Below, piece by piece: positions 40,231 to 50,204 of a stretch of DNA of 64,000 nucleotides. This stretch comes from Chloroflexota bacterium (GTDB lineage Bacteria > Chloroflexota > Dehalococcoidia > UBA2979). Below the pieces are notes generated by a model. That model had not been told where the DNA came from. It saw only the letters and a program-made list of their open reading frames with translations, and made no database searches. Where the stretch lies: assembly GCA_027593235.1 (NCBI GenBank), contig JAQCIU010000006.1, forward strand, positions 32,001 through 96,000. Reading direction: 5' to 3'. Each line of letters starts with the position of its first letter. The first letter of the stretch is position 1. The position numbers and the translations under genes are program-made.

Positions 40231-41889
40231 TCACACCTGCGGCGGCCACGGCGCGGCGCCCACAGGCGTGGCGCCCAGCGGCGTGCCGTCCGAGACGACC
40301 ACGACCCGTCGGAACGGTTCACGACCGCGCGAGGTGCTGGTCAGCCCGTAGCGCTCCGCCACCTCGTGCTGCAGCCGCCGGATGTAGGCGTTCTGCGGCG
40401 ACAGCTCCACGCTCGACGCGCCGCCGTGCGAGATGCTCGCGACAGCGTCCTCCGCCTCGCGCAACGCCGCCGTCAGCGGATCGACCTCCATGTCGCTCCC
40501 GCGCATCGCCAGCAACTGCCGCTCCATCTGCGATGCCGTGTTGTTCCGCAGCACGTAGATCGGGATCCCCCGCTGCTCAGCGCGGCGCAGCGGGCCGCTG
40601 CGGCGGCGGTAGTACGGCCGCAGCGTCATCACGCAGTCCGCGTCGTCCACCGAATCAACGATCGCCGCCGCCGATCGCGTCGAGGCGATCGCACCCTCTA
40701 ACCGTGAACGGCTCACCCCGAACGGCAAGATCTTCTTCGCCGGACCGCCGGGGGCCGGTGGCAGTTCCTGCCAGTCGCTCTCGTCCACCGTCGCGCGTTG
40801 AGGCGCGCTCGTCACCCGGTCATCCGGCCGCAGTGGCATCCGATGCACCGTCTGGACGACCCCGTCCTCCAGTTCGCGCACCTCGGCATCGGCCTCGTAT
40901 CCGCGCAACAGCGCGTCCACCGTGCCCGCGACGTCCTCGTGCACCGCCACCCGATCGAACGACTGGATCTCCACCAGGCAATCGAAGGTCGGCGGGTTCC
41001 GCCGCTCCAGGATCGTCTTCTGCGTCCCCCGGCGGCGCGCCTCGTCATCCCCGAGGGTCACCGATTCGATCCCGCCGATCAGATCGGACAGCGTCGGGTT
41101 CTGCATCAGGTTCGCCAGCGTATTGCCGTGCGCGGTCCCCACCAGTTGCACGCCTCGCTCCGCGATCGTGCGCGCCGCCTCCGCCTCAAGGCCCGTGCCG
41201 ATCTCGTCGATCACGATCGCCTCGGGCGTGTGGTTCTCCACCGCCTCGATCATCACCCGGTGCTGCAGCTCCGGTCGGCCCACCTGCATCCGCCGTGCGC
41301 GCCCGATCCCCGGGTGCGGGATGTCGCCGTCACCGCCAATCTCGTTCGAGGTGTCCACCACCACCACGCGCTTGTTGAAGTCGTCGGCCAGCGTCCGCGC
41401 CACGTCGCGCAGCATCGTCGTCTTGCCAACGCCGGGCGGGCCGAGCAGCAGGATGCTGTGCCCGGACTCCACCAGGTCACGGACCGCGCTCGCCGAACCG
41501 GACACGCTTCGCCCCACGCGGCAGGTCAGACCCACGATTCGGCCGCGGCGGTTGCGGATCGCCGAGACGCGATGCAGCGTCCGCGGGATCCCGGCACGGT
41601 TGTCCTCGCCGAACTCGGAGAGCTGCGCGACCGTCTGCTCGATCTCCTGCTCCGTCACCTCGCCGTCGTCCAGCGTGATCTCGGCGCCGGCCCGGTAGCG
41701 CGCCGTCGGCACCCGGCCCACATCGAGGATCACCTCGATCAGCCCAGACATGCCGTGCTCGCGCACCGCACCCTGCACCCGCAGCGGCAACCGGCCGATC
41801 AGCAGATCGATCTCCTCCCGTTCCTCATCGGAGATCACAACCGCTTCCGGTTGCACCGCCTCGGATTGGTCGGCTTCGACTTCGTTCAC
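40231..41889 (-). CDS. SpoIIIAA/Ycf45-like AAA ATPase with C-terminal R3H domain
   Basis: GLTCRVGR, GPPGVGKTT, DTSNEIGGDGD, IDEIG, GTAHG, RRLQH (R3H). Confidence 0.9.
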   Translation of the reverse strand: MNEVEADQSEAVQPEAVVISDEEREEIDLLIGRLPLRVQGAVREHGMSGLIEVILDVGRVPTARYRAGAEITLDDGEVTEQEIEQTVAQLSEFGEDNRAGIPRTLHRVSAIRNRRGRIVGLTCRVGRSVSGSASAVRDLVESGHSILLLGPPGVGKTTMLRDVARTLADDFNKRVVVVDTSNEIGGDGDIPHPGIGRARRMQVGRPELQHRVMIEAVENHTPEAIVIDEIGTGLEAEAARTIAERGVQLVGTAHGNTLANLMQNPTLSDLIGGIESVTLGDDEARRRGTQKTILERRNPPTFDCLVEIQSFDRVAVHEDVAGTVDALLRGYEADAEVRELEDGVVQTVHRMPLRPDDRVTSAPQRATVDESDWQELPPAPGGPAKKILPFGVSRSRLEGAIASTRSAAAIVDSVDDADCVMTLRPYYRRRSGPLRRAEQRGIPIYVLRNNTASQMERQLLAMRGSDMEVDPLTAALREAEDAVASISHGGASSVELSPQNAYIRRLQHEVAERYGLTSTSRGREPFRRVVVVSDGTPLGATPVGAAPWPPQV

Positions 41890-42848
41890 GCACCACCCCC
41901 GCTTGGGACATGCATTCCGGCCCGAACCGGCACGCTGGCCAGCACCGGGCGCGCGGTTCGTCGACAGAGTTGGATGTACTCGTCCTCGGGCGTCAGCCCC
42001 GCGGACGCCAGCTCTCGCTCCACCGCGCCCAGACAGCGCGGCACCAGCGCATGCACTTCGCGAGCCTCGGCCTGTTCCATCACCGCGGCCATCAACGCTC
42101 GTGCCGTCGCCTCGTCATCGGGCGCGACCAGCAGTTCAAGCTGCACGCGGTCATGTTGATCATGGAACGCCGCGAGCCCGCTGACTACCCCATCGCGCTC
42201 CGCGACCAGTTCCGTGCCCCCGCGCAGCCACCGCCGGTCGCGCACGGATGACCACTCCTCGCGCGTCATCCCCAGTAGCGCCCGCGCCTCCACCGGCACG
42301 GATCGCCCGTAGAGCTGGAACACCGCCAGGTCGTCGCTCTCGTGGATCGGGCGCACCGCCACCGTCGAGGCCGCCGGCGCCACCGTCGGCGTCCCGCGCC
42401 AGATCCGCTCCAGCAGCGCCGGTCGGAACCCGGCCCGCGTCGCTGCCTCCCGGCTCGGAGCATCCAGCGCCAACCGCAGCAACAGGTGCGTCACGCTCGC
42501 GCGCGCTCCCGCCTCCACCGCCTGGTTCAGCAGGTCCTTCACCACGGAATCGCTGTCCGCGTCACCGGCTGCATCGATCAACGTATCGATCATCCAGGCG
42601 CTCTTCGCGTTCAGATCACGCGCCGTCGCGATGCCGCGTACCTCGCGGCCATCGACGTTGATCCACATCCGGCGCCCCAGGTGCAGCCACTGCGCCAGCG
42701 CCACGTTCAGCGGTCGCGTCCTCTGGGGGTCGGGGTCGCTCAGGCCTTCCAGCGTCACCGCCTGGTTCCGCCGCACCTCATCGTCGAACGTGACGAGGGC
42801 CACCAGATCGGTGGGTCGTGCGGCGTGGCTGTGTGGCTCGGACGTCAC
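41886..42848 (-). CDS. Hypothetical protein, probable tandem GNAT-like fold
   Basis: Two repeated units with acetyltransferase-like ends (RAGFR, SAGLTP) and VRPIHESD; overlaps both neighbours by 4 nt. Confidence 0.55.
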   Translation of the reverse strand: MTSEPHSHAARPTDLVALVTFDDEVRRNQAVTLEGLSDPDPQRTRPLNVALAQWLHLGRRMWINVDGREVRGIATARDLNAKSAWMIDTLIDAAGDADSDSVVKDLLNQAVEAGARASVTHLLLRLALDAPSREAATRAGFRPALLERIWRGTPTVAPAASTVAVRPIHESDDLAVFQLYGRSVPVEARALLGMTREEWSSVRDRRWLRGGTELVAERDGVVSGLAAFHDQHDRVQLELLVAPDDEATARALMAAVMEQAEAREVHALVPRCLGAVERELASAGLTPEDEYIQLCRRTARPVLASVPVRAGMHVPSGGGA

Positions 42849-43468
42849 GTCGCTTGCCCCTCCGCGACCGCCTCCTGCACCAACGCCACAAACAGCGCGT
42901 GCATCCGTGCATCTCCCGTGATCTCCGGGTGGAAACAGGTCGCCATCCGGCGCCCGTCTCGCACCGCGACGATCCGCCCGTCCTCCAGCCGCGCCAGCAC
43001 CTCGACGCCCGGCCCCACCTCGGTGATCACCGGCGCGCGAATGAAGACCGCGTGGAACGGGCCGTCATCGAGGCCGCCCACCGCCAGATCCGTCTCGAAC
43101 GAGTTCACCTGCGTGCCGAACGCGTTCCGCTCCACCGTCATCGCCAGCCCACCGACCGAGGGCCGGTCGAGCCCGGGAACGTGCGCCGCCAGCAGAATCG
43201 CGCCCGCGCAGGTGCCCCAGACGGGCAACCCGGCGGCGATGCGCTCCCGCAGTGGCTCCATGAGGTCGAACGCCAGTAGCAGCCGCGCGATCGTCGTGCT
43301 CTCACCACCCGGGATCACCAGGCCCTGGACCGCGTTGAGCTGCTGCAGCGTGCGGACCTCGGAGGTCACGGCGCCAGCCTCACGCAGCATCGAGGCGTGC
43401 TCCTCGAAGTCCCCCTGGAGGGCGAGCACGCCGATGTGAACAGACGTCAGGGGTGGGGCAATCGCCAT
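42845..43468 (-). CDS. pdxT: PLP synthase glutaminase subunit
   Basis: GVLALQGDF.EH, IPGGESTT, GTCAG, RNAFG, FIRAP, FHPE. Confidence 0.97.
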   Translation of the reverse strand: MAIAPPLTSVHIGVLALQGDFEEHASMLREAGAVTSEVRTLQQLNAVQGLVIPGGESTTIARLLLAFDLMEPLRERIAAGLPVWGTCAGAILLAAHVPGLDRPSVGGLAMTVERNAFGTQVNSFETDLAVGGLDDGPFHAVFIRAPVITEVGPGVEVLARLEDGRIVAVRDGRRMATCFHPEITGDARMHALFVALVQEAVAEGQAT

Positions 43469-43478
43469 CCGCTGGTGG

Positions 43479-44435
43479 TTAGTTCCCCCGCCGGGCGAGC
43501 TGAGCCTCAATCGGAATCGACGCCACCGATTCGCCGCGCATCGCGGCGCCCAGGCCGCGCGACACCTCGGCGATCAGCTTCGCATCGCGGAAGTGCGTCA
43601 CCGCCTTCACGATCGCCTCGGCGACCGCTTCCGGCCTGTCCGACTTGAAGATGCCGGAGCCCACGAACACACCCTCGGCGCCCAGTTGCATCATCAGCGC
43701 CGCGTCCGCGGGCGTCGCCACGCCACCGGCGGAGAAGTTCACCACCGGCAGGCGACCCAGTTGCTTCACCTCGCGGACCAGGTCCAGTGGCGCCTGCAGG
43801 TTCTTCGCCGCCGTCGGCAACTCGTCGTCGGACATGTTCTGCAGACTGCGAATCCCGCCCCAGAGCTGTCGCATGTGACGCACTGCCTCAACGATGTCGC
43901 CCGTGCCAGCCTCGCCCTTGGTGCGAATCATCGCGGCGCCCTCGGCAATGCGGCGAAGCGCCTCGCCCAGGTCACGGCAACCGCACACGAATGGCGCGCG
44001 AAACTGGTGCTTGTCGATGTGGTTCTGGTCGTCCGCGGGCGTCAGTACCTCGGACTCGTCGATGTAGTCGATCCCCAACGCGTCGAGGATCTGCGCCTCA
44101 ACGAAGTGGCCGATCCGCGCCTTCGCCATCACCGGGATGGTCACGGCCTGCTGGATCTCCTGGATCTTCTCCACTTGGCTCATCCGCGCGACGCCGCCCT
44201 CTTTGCGGATGTCCGAGGGAACGCGCTCCAGTGCCATCACGGACACCGCGCCCGCTTCCTCGGCGATCTTCGCCTCGGCCGCGGTGGTGACGTCCATAAT
44301 CACGCCACCCTTCAGCATCTGCGCCAGGCCAGCCTTCACACGCCAGGTAGCCGTTTCGCCGCCGGCCGCGGCGTGACCGTTGTCAGTGCCGGGCGAGTTC
44401 GAGGCTGGCGTTCCGTTGCTACCGCTGGTCGTCAT
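43479..44435 (-). CDS. pdxS: PLP synthase lyase subunit
   Basis: [47 protein letters not shown]. Confidence 0.98.
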   Translation of the reverse strand: MTTSGSNGTPASNSPGTDNGHAAAGGETATWRVKAGLAQMLKGGVIMDVTTAAEAKIAEEAGAVSVMALERVPSDIRKEGGVARMSQVEKIQEIQQAVTIPVMAKARIGHFVEAQILDALGIDYIDESEVLTPADDQNHIDKHQFRAPFVCGCRDLGEALRRIAEGAAMIRTKGEAGTGDIVEAVRHMRQLWGGIRSLQNMSDDELPTAAKNLQAPLDLVREVKQLGRLPVVNFSAGGVATPADAALMMQLGAEGVFVGSGIFKSDRPEAVAEAIVKAVTHFRDAKLIAEVSRGLGAAMRGESVASIPIEAQLARRGN

Positions 44436-44569
44436 AACGCTCCCTTGGACCGATGCTGCATTCAGGCAAATATTGTAGCGCCCACCTGCTGCTTCACACT
44501 CACGCCCCGCCCGCCGTTTCGGGGAATCAGGGTCGCGGCTGGACTGGCCAAGGCGCTACGCTGACGGCA

Positions 44570-45154
44570 ATGGTCACCGTGGGCGATTCGCCCTGGCTCG
44601 CGACACACCACCTCGACGGCGACGCGCTGATCGGGCTCATCTCCGATACCCATATCCCGGAGGCGCGCTCGACCCTCTTCGACGAGGTCTACGAGGCGTT
44701 CCGCGGCGTTGACCTGATCCTCCACGGCGGCGACATGCACGACGTCGTCGTCCTCGACTGGCTCCAGGCGATCGCGCCCGTGATTGGCGTCCGCGGCAAC
44801 GGTGACGATGGCTCCAGCGGCCGCCCGGTCGCGCCGGACGATCCGCGGCTCGCGCACAACCAGCTCATCCAGGTCGGTGGCAAACGCATCGGCATGACCC
44901 ACGCGTTCCCGGAGTTCCCCTACCTGGGCTCCATGTCGCTGGACGACGCCATGCAGCGGTACTTCGAGGGCCCCGTCGACATCGTCGTCGCCGGCGACAC
45001 CCACGTGCCGCACGTCACCTGGCGCGAGGACGTGCTGATCGTGAACTCGGGCTCGCCCACCTACCCTCGCAACCTGCAAACCCAGCTAGGCACGATCGGA
45101 TTCCTCGAGATCCGGAATGGCGGCGTCGATGCGTGGATTGAACAACTCCACTAG
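44570..45154 (+). CDS. YfcE/MJ0936-family metallophosphoesterase
   Basis: ISDTH, HGGD, VRGNGD, MTH, GDTH, NSGSP. Confidence 0.9.
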   Translation: MVTVGDSPWLATHHLDGDALIGLISDTHIPEARSTLFDEVYEAFRGVDLILHGGDMHDVVVLDWLQAIAPVIGVRGNGDDGSSGRPVAPDDPRLAHNQLIQVGGKRIGMTHAFPEFPYLGSMSLDDAMQRYFEGPVDIVVAGDTHVPHVTWREDVLIVNSGSPTYPRNLQTQLGTIGFLEIRNGGVDAWIEQLH

Positions 45155-45193
45155 CGCAGCGCCCCAACCCGGCGCACGCGTGGGGTCCGGCTG

Positions 45194-45358
45194 ATGGATC
45201 GCGCCAACCTCATCGTTGCGATGCTCTCCGCCCTCGTTGGCGTCATTGCCCTCGGCATGGCCCTGAGCAGTGGCCGCCTGGTCAACCTCAGCAGCGTCCT
45301 CGGACTTGTCCTGCTCGCCAACGCCTTCGTGCGATTCCAGCTCGCGAGGGAACGTTGA
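45194..45358 (+). CDS. Small (54 aa) two-TM membrane protein, not in the ORF track
   Basis: MDRANLIVAMLSALVGVIALGMALSSGRLVNLSSVLGLVLLANAFVRFQLARER*; GC3-rich codons and co-oriented with neighbours. Confidence 0.6.
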   Translation: MDRANLIVAMLSALVGVIALGMALSSGRLVNLSSVLGLVLLANAFVRFQLARER

Positions 45359-45505
45359 TCCCCGCTCGCCGGCCGTCCCCCAGCACCGGTGGCGACGCCC
45401 GCGACACCCGCGGCAGCGCCCGGGAGGCTATGCATGCGTCGGCGGTCCTGACACGCTGTGTCGGCGCCGCTTCGCGGGCGCACCGGCAGACACCGGGGGA
45501 CTCAC

Positions 45506-45970
45506 GTGACCGCTGACCCGCTTCGTGCTCGTTCCTTCCTCGTCCCACTGGACGGCGGCGAAGCCGCCTACGGCGCACTCGTCGCCGCTTGCGAGGTCGC
45601 GCGCAAGACCAAGGCCTCCGTCTCCGCCATCTACATCATCGAGGTCCCGCGATCGCTCCCCCTCGATGCCGATCTCGTCGCCGAAGGCCAGCGCGGTGAG
45701 GAGATCCTCGAACACGCCGAATCACTCGCCGCCTCCCATGACATCCACCTCGAAGGCGATCTCGTCCAGGCGCGCCAGGCCGGACACGTCATCATCGACG
45801 AAGCCGTCGAACGTGGCGCGGATACGATCGTGATCGGCCTTCCTTACAATCGCCCCTACGGTCGCTTCGCACTGGGCAGCCTGACCGACTACGTGCTCGA
45901 ACACGCGCCCGGCTTCGTCTGGCTGATCCGCTACCCCATCTCGGAAAACAAGGCCGCCGCCTCAAACTGA
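45506..45970 (+). CDS. Universal stress protein (USP)
   Basis: FLVPLDG, ADTIVIG, LGSLTDYVLEHAP. Confidence 0.9.
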   Translation: MTADPLRARSFLVPLDGGEAAYGALVAACEVARKTKASVSAIYIIEVPRSLPLDADLVAEGQRGEEILEHAESLAASHDIHLEGDLVQARQAGHVIIDEAVERGADTIVIGLPYNRPYGRFALGSLTDYVLEHAPGFVWLIRYPISENKAAASN

Positions 45971-45984
45971 ACTGAGGGTCATCG

Positions 45985-46407
45985 ATGAACGTGGTGATTA
46001 TGGGATGTGGACGGGTCGGCTCCAGCGTCGCGACGCGCCTCGCCGAGGAGGGCCATACCGTCTCCATCGTCGATACCGATGCATTCGCCTTCTCGCGGCT
46101 TCCCAGCCAGTTCAAAGGCCGCCGCTTCCTCGGCTCCGGCAACGATCACCGCACCCTCGAAGCCGTCGGCATCCGCGAAGCGGACGCCTTCATCGCGCTC
46201 GCCTCGGGCGACAACCGCAACATCCTCGCCTCGCAACGGGCCAAGCACATCTTCGGGGTCAAGACCGTCGTCACCCGTGTGAAGGATCCGCAGCGTAGCG
46301 AACTCTTCGCACAGCTCGGGCTCCAGACCTTCAGCCCCACCACTATCGGCGCCGATCTGGCGCATGACGCCCTCTTCAACACCGCGGACAGCGGCAGCGA
46401 GGCCTAG
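45985..46407 (+). CDS. TrkA/KtrA-like RCK_N-only protein
   Basis: MNVVIMGCGRVG, GDNRNI, VVTRVKDPQR. Confidence 0.9.
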   Translation: MNVVIMGCGRVGSSVATRLAEEGHTVSIVDTDAFAFSRLPSQFKGRRFLGSGNDHRTLEAVGIREADAFIALASGDNRNILASQRAKHIFGVKTVVTRVKDPQRSELFAQLGLQTFSPTTIGADLAHDALFNTADSGSEA

Positions 46408-46410
46408 TCC

Positions 46411-47085
46411 ATGTACATCATCGTGGTCGGAGGCGGCATCGTCGGGTACGGCATCGCCCTCGAGCTCCAGATGCTCCCGGGCCACGAGGTCACCATCGTC
46501 GAACGCGAGGACCGCCGCGCTCGCGAGCTGCGCGACGAACTCGGCGAAATGGTCGTCCACGGCGACGGTTCGGAGGTCGCCTTCCTCGAACAGATCGGCG
46601 CGGCGCGCGCCGATCTCCTGATCGCCGTCACCGCCGATGACGGCGCCAACCTCGTCGCCTGCCAGGTCGCAAAACACCGCTTCAACGTCGCCCGCACGAT
46701 CGCCCGCGTTAGCGACCCGCGCAACGCGGAACTGTTCCACCTCCTCGGGATCGACTCCACCATCTCCGCCGCCCAGGCCGTGATGGCACAGATCGAAACC
46801 ACCCTCCCGGAACACACCGTCGTCCCGCTGATGAGCCTCGAGGGCTCCGGCCTCACCGTCGTCGATCTGCACCTCCAGGACGGCGCGCCCGCCGACGGCG
46901 TCGCAATCCGCGACATCCGCATGCCACCCAGCGCCCTCATCTCCCTCGTCGTCGGCGCGGACGGCCCAATCGTCCCAGACGGCAACACCGTGCTCCACAG
47001 TGGTGACGAGGTGATCGCCGTGATCCCGCTCGACGCCGAAGAGAGCATGCGCGAGCTGATCACCGGTCGACCGGCGGCAGGCTGA
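46411..47085 (+). CDS. TrkA family protein (RCK_N + RCK_C)
   Basis: IIVVGGGIVG, GDG, AVTADDGAN, TIARVSDP; C-terminal PDGNTVLHSGDEV. Confidence 0.92.
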   Translation: MYIIVVGGGIVGYGIALELQMLPGHEVTIVEREDRRARELRDELGEMVVHGDGSEVAFLEQIGAARADLLIAVTADDGANLVACQVAKHRFNVARTIARVSDPRNAELFHLLGIDSTISAAQAVMAQIETTLPEHTVVPLMSLEGSGLTVVDLHLQDGAPADGVAIRDIRMPPSALISLVVGADGPIVPDGNTVLHSGDEVIAVIPLDAEESMRELITGRPAAG

Positions 47086-47915
47086 TGCGCCTCGCCCACC
47101 TCGGACCCGCCGGCACCTACGCCGAGGCCGCCGCACAGCGCTATCACCCGGACGCCGATCTGCTGCCCACCCGTACCTTCACCGCCGCCGCCGAAGCCGT
47201 CGATCGAGGTGAAGCCGACGCCGCCGTCTGCGCGATCGAGAACGCCCTCGAAGGCCCCATCGCCGAGACCCTGGCGATCCTCGTGCGCGACGACCTCCAC
47301 CTCCAGATCAGCGGGGAGATCGTCCTCGCGATCCGCCACGCGCTCGTCGGCGCGCCCGGCCTCACGCTCGCGGACGTCAAGACCGTCTACTCGCACCCGC
47401 AGGCGCTCGCGCAGTGCCGGCGTCGCCTCGCGGAACTCGTCCCCGCGGCCCAGCCAGTCGCCGCGCTGTCCACCGCCGCCGCCATCGCCGCCGCCATCGA
47501 GGAGCCCGGCACCATCGCCGTCGGCAACCTCCGCGCCGCCGAGCTGTATGCCGCCCACTGCTATGCCGACGACATCGCCGATCTTCCCAACAACCAGACC
47601 CGCTTCATCATCCTCTCCACCACCGAGGCAGCGCCCACCGGTGACGACAAGACCTCGCTCGTCTTCACCATGGCCCACGATCGACCGGGCTCGCTCGTCG
47701 AAGTCCTCCAGCCCTTTGCCGATCGTTCCATCAACATGACCAAGATCGAATCGCGCCCTACCGGCCTTCAGCTCGGTACCTACTTCTTCTTCGTCGACGT
47801 GCAGGGCCACCAGCAGCGGCCGGATGTCGCCGCCGCCATCGCCGAGGCCCGACCGCACACCCAGTGGCTCAAGGTGCTGGGCTCCTACCCTCGTTGGACC
47901 GGGAACGATGCCTGA
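47085..47915 (+). CDS. pheA: Prephenate dehydratase
   Basis: LGPAGTY, IENALEG, SHPQALAQC, NQTRF; ACT domain with KTSL and INMTKIESRP. Confidence 0.95.
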   Translation: MRLAHLGPAGTYAEAAAQRYHPDADLLPTRTFTAAAEAVDRGEADAAVCAIENALEGPIAETLAILVRDDLHLQISGEIVLAIRHALVGAPGLTLADVKTVYSHPQALAQCRRRLAELVPAAQPVAALSTAAAIAAAIEEPGTIAVGNLRAAELYAAHCYADDIADLPNNQTRFIILSTTEAAPTGDDKTSLVFTMAHDRPGSLVEVLQPFADRSINMTKIESRPTGLQLGTYFFFVDVQGHQQRPDVAAAIAEARPHTQWLKVLGSYPRWTGNDA

Positions 47916-48723
47916 GATTCCAGACCTGGAGGCGGTGCGCAACTACCTGAAACCCAGGCTTCAGGATCGCGCCATCACCGCTACCGCCGCGCCCATCCCC
48001 TGGATCGTCCGCACCGGCGCCGATGGCCTCCAGGATCTGATCGGCCATCAGTTCGTCGACATCCTCCGCCACGGCAAGTACCTGATCTTCAACCTCGATG
48101 ACGGGCGCGTCCTCGTCATCAACGCGATGCTGACCGGCCGCTTCCACTGGAGCGAGACCGCCGATCGCAAGCCCGGCAAGCTCGCCGTCGTGCTCACGCT
48201 CGATGACGGTCACGAGCTCCGCTATTCGGACATGCGCCGCATGGGCCGCTTCTACCTCACCGATCCCGATCACCTGGACGTGGTCCCGCAGTTCTCCACC
48301 ATGGGCCCGGACGTCCTCGCCATCGACGAAGCCGAGTTCACGGCGCGCATCGCGAAGCGCCGCGGACAGATCAAGAACACCCTCACCAACCAGGAATTCG
48401 TCGCCGGCATCGGCAACGCCTACTCGGATGAGATCCTCTGGGAGGCCGGCCTCCACCACCACCGCAAACGCAGCACCATGGACGACGATGACATCCATCG
48501 GCTCTTCGTCGCCATTCACACCATCCTCGATCGCTCATGCGAGACCGTCGATGCGATCGTTCAGAGCGAAGGACTCGGCAAGAAGGCCGAGTGGCGCGAA
48601 CACCTGAGCGTCCACCGCAAGGCCGGCGAGGTCTGCCCGCGCTGCGGCTCGGAGATCAAAGGCCAGACCAGCGGTGGCAGCGAAACGAACTATTGCGTCC
48701 AGTGCCAGCCGCTGTTCGCGTGA
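47908..48723 (+). CDS. Fpg/Nei family DNA glycosylase
   Basis: N-terminal MPEIP, HGKYL, H2TH motif VAGIGNAYSDEILW, zinc finger CPRC...CVQCQ. Confidence 0.9.
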   Translation: MPEIPDLEAVRNYLKPRLQDRAITATAAPIPWIVRTGADGLQDLIGHQFVDILRHGKYLIFNLDDGRVLVINAMLTGRFHWSETADRKPGKLAVVLTLDDGHELRYSDMRRMGRFYLTDPDHLDVVPQFSTMGPDVLAIDEAEFTARIAKRRGQIKNTLTNQEFVAGIGNAYSDEILWEAGLHHHRKRSTMDDDDIHRLFVAIHTILDRSCETVDAIVQSEGLGKKAEWREHLSVHRKAGEVCPRCGSEIKGQTSGGSETNYCVQCQPLFA

Positions 48724-48739
48724 CGAAGCGGAGGCAGGC

Positions 48740-49444
48740 GTGAAAGTCATCGGCAAGGACATCGGCACGGTGCTCGATCGGCTCTATGCCGAGGTGGAGA
48801 GCCGCGTCACCGTGGAGGCCGAACGCGAACTGCGGTTCGAAGCGGGCGCCGAAGGCAGCTTCTCCAACGTCATCTGGCGCGCCGACGGCGTCGTCATCCA
48901 GCTCCACAACGGCGTGCCCAACAAGGCGCTGCCGCACGTCGTCGGCATCGCGCTCGAGCACGTCCGCCAGCGCCTCGAGCGCTACCCCTCGCTCCAGCGC
49001 CCCGCCGTCGACGAGGCCGATGGACCGCTCCTTCGCAGCGCGCTCCGTGAGCTCGTCCTCGCGCCCGCCGCCGATCACGCCCTCAAGGCGCTCACCCTCG
49101 ATGTCCAGTGGGAAGCCGAACAGCGCCACCAGGCGCTCAAGGATCTGATCCGCGATCACGCCGAATGGGACGATCCCGCCGAGTCCGGCCACGCCTTCCT
49201 CGTGCTGCTCTACGCCCGCGCCGCGATCGAGCACCCGGCCGAACTCTGGCCGGCCCTCGACGCCGCGTTCCAGGAAGCGCTGCCGCGCGTCACCGAGCAC
49301 GGACGTGCCGTCGAGGAGGCGGTCCGCCGCCACGGCTGGACGAGCCCCGGTGCCTGCCTCGAATCCCTGCTTGCCGCGCGTGCGCTGCTCGATCTGGACG
49401 CACTCGCGCCGATCCTCGATCGCCGCACCGGCCAGACGCTCTAG
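48740..49444 (+). CDS. Hypothetical protein
   Basis: GTG start follows GGAGG; genome-typical codon usage; no family confidently recognised. Confidence 0.7.
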   Translation: MKVIGKDIGTVLDRLYAEVESRVTVEAERELRFEAGAEGSFSNVIWRADGVVIQLHNGVPNKALPHVVGIALEHVRQRLERYPSLQRPAVDEADGPLLRSALRELVLAPAADHALKALTLDVQWEAEQRHQALKDLIRDHAEWDDPAESGHAFLVLLYARAAIEHPAELWPALDAAFQEALPRVTEHGRAVEEAVRRHGWTSPGACLESLLAARALLDLDALAPILDRRTGQTL

Positions 49445-49534
49445 CCAGCCACCACCCAGCGGCGTTCCGTCCAACGAGGACCCGACGCGCCTCGATCGCC
49501 GCCGCCGGGGTCGGGGTCGGGGTCGGCACCGTCG

Positions 49535-50083
49535 CTAGGACGCCACCGCCGTCGAGGGATCCGGCTGGCGCCGCCAGCCCGCAATGAACGGCGTCCACTC
49601 GACGTAGCGTTGAAGATGCACCGCAAACAGCTCCGCCGGATGCGAGGACGGGCGCCGTGGCCAGCGCGCCAGCGGCATCTCCGCCTCGTCGGGGGTGCGG
49701 CCACCCTTGCGGTGATTGCAGCTCCGGCACGCCGCCACCAGGTTCTCCCAGGTATGCGGGCCGCCCCGGTGCCGAGGTACCACGTGGTCCAGCGTCAGAT
49801 CGGCGCGCCGCCCGCAGTACTGGCAATGATTGCCGTCCCGCGCGAAAATCTCCCGCCGCGTCAGCCGCGGCTGGGGCTGCGGACGCCGTACGAACTGCTG
49901 CAATCGAATCACCGAGGGCGTATCAAACCGCGCGCTGCCCACCCCGCGGAGCTGTTCGGCGCCGGTCTCCAGTACCTCCGCTTTGCCGCGAAACACCAGC
50001 ACCACCGCACGTCTGACCGAACAAACGTTGAGCGGTTCGTAGTTCTGATTGAGTACCAGCGCCCGTCGCTGGATCGCCACCAT
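49535..50083 (-). CDS. HNH endonuclease family protein
   Basis: LVLNQNYEPL, PSVIRL, RDGNHCQYCG, TLDHVVPR.RGG.HTWENLV.AC..CN..KG. Confidence 0.93.
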   Translation of the reverse strand: MVAIQRRALVLNQNYEPLNVCSVRRAVVLVFRGKAEVLETGAEQLRGVGSARFDTPSVIRLQQFVRRPQPQPRLTRREIFARDGNHCQYCGRRADLTLDHVVPRHRGGPHTWENLVAACRSCNHRKGGRTPDEAEMPLARWPRRPSSHPAELFAVHLQRYVEWTPFIAGWRRQPDPSTAVAS

Positions 50084-50204
50084 GACCCCCGCGGATCCGG
50101 AGTGTCCCGACGCACCGTCAGACCAGCGCGACCGACATCCACATTCGCGGGAAGTGTAGCGGATTCAGAAACGCGAGCGTGATTACTGACCGGGCGCTGA
50201 CGAC

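Noticed and set aside
49535-50083. HNH protein as a Cas9/IscB or defence nuclease
   Set aside because: It is a 182-aa stand-alone HNH of a common conserved type, with no RuvC motifs, transposon ends or adjacent ncRNA-sized gap.
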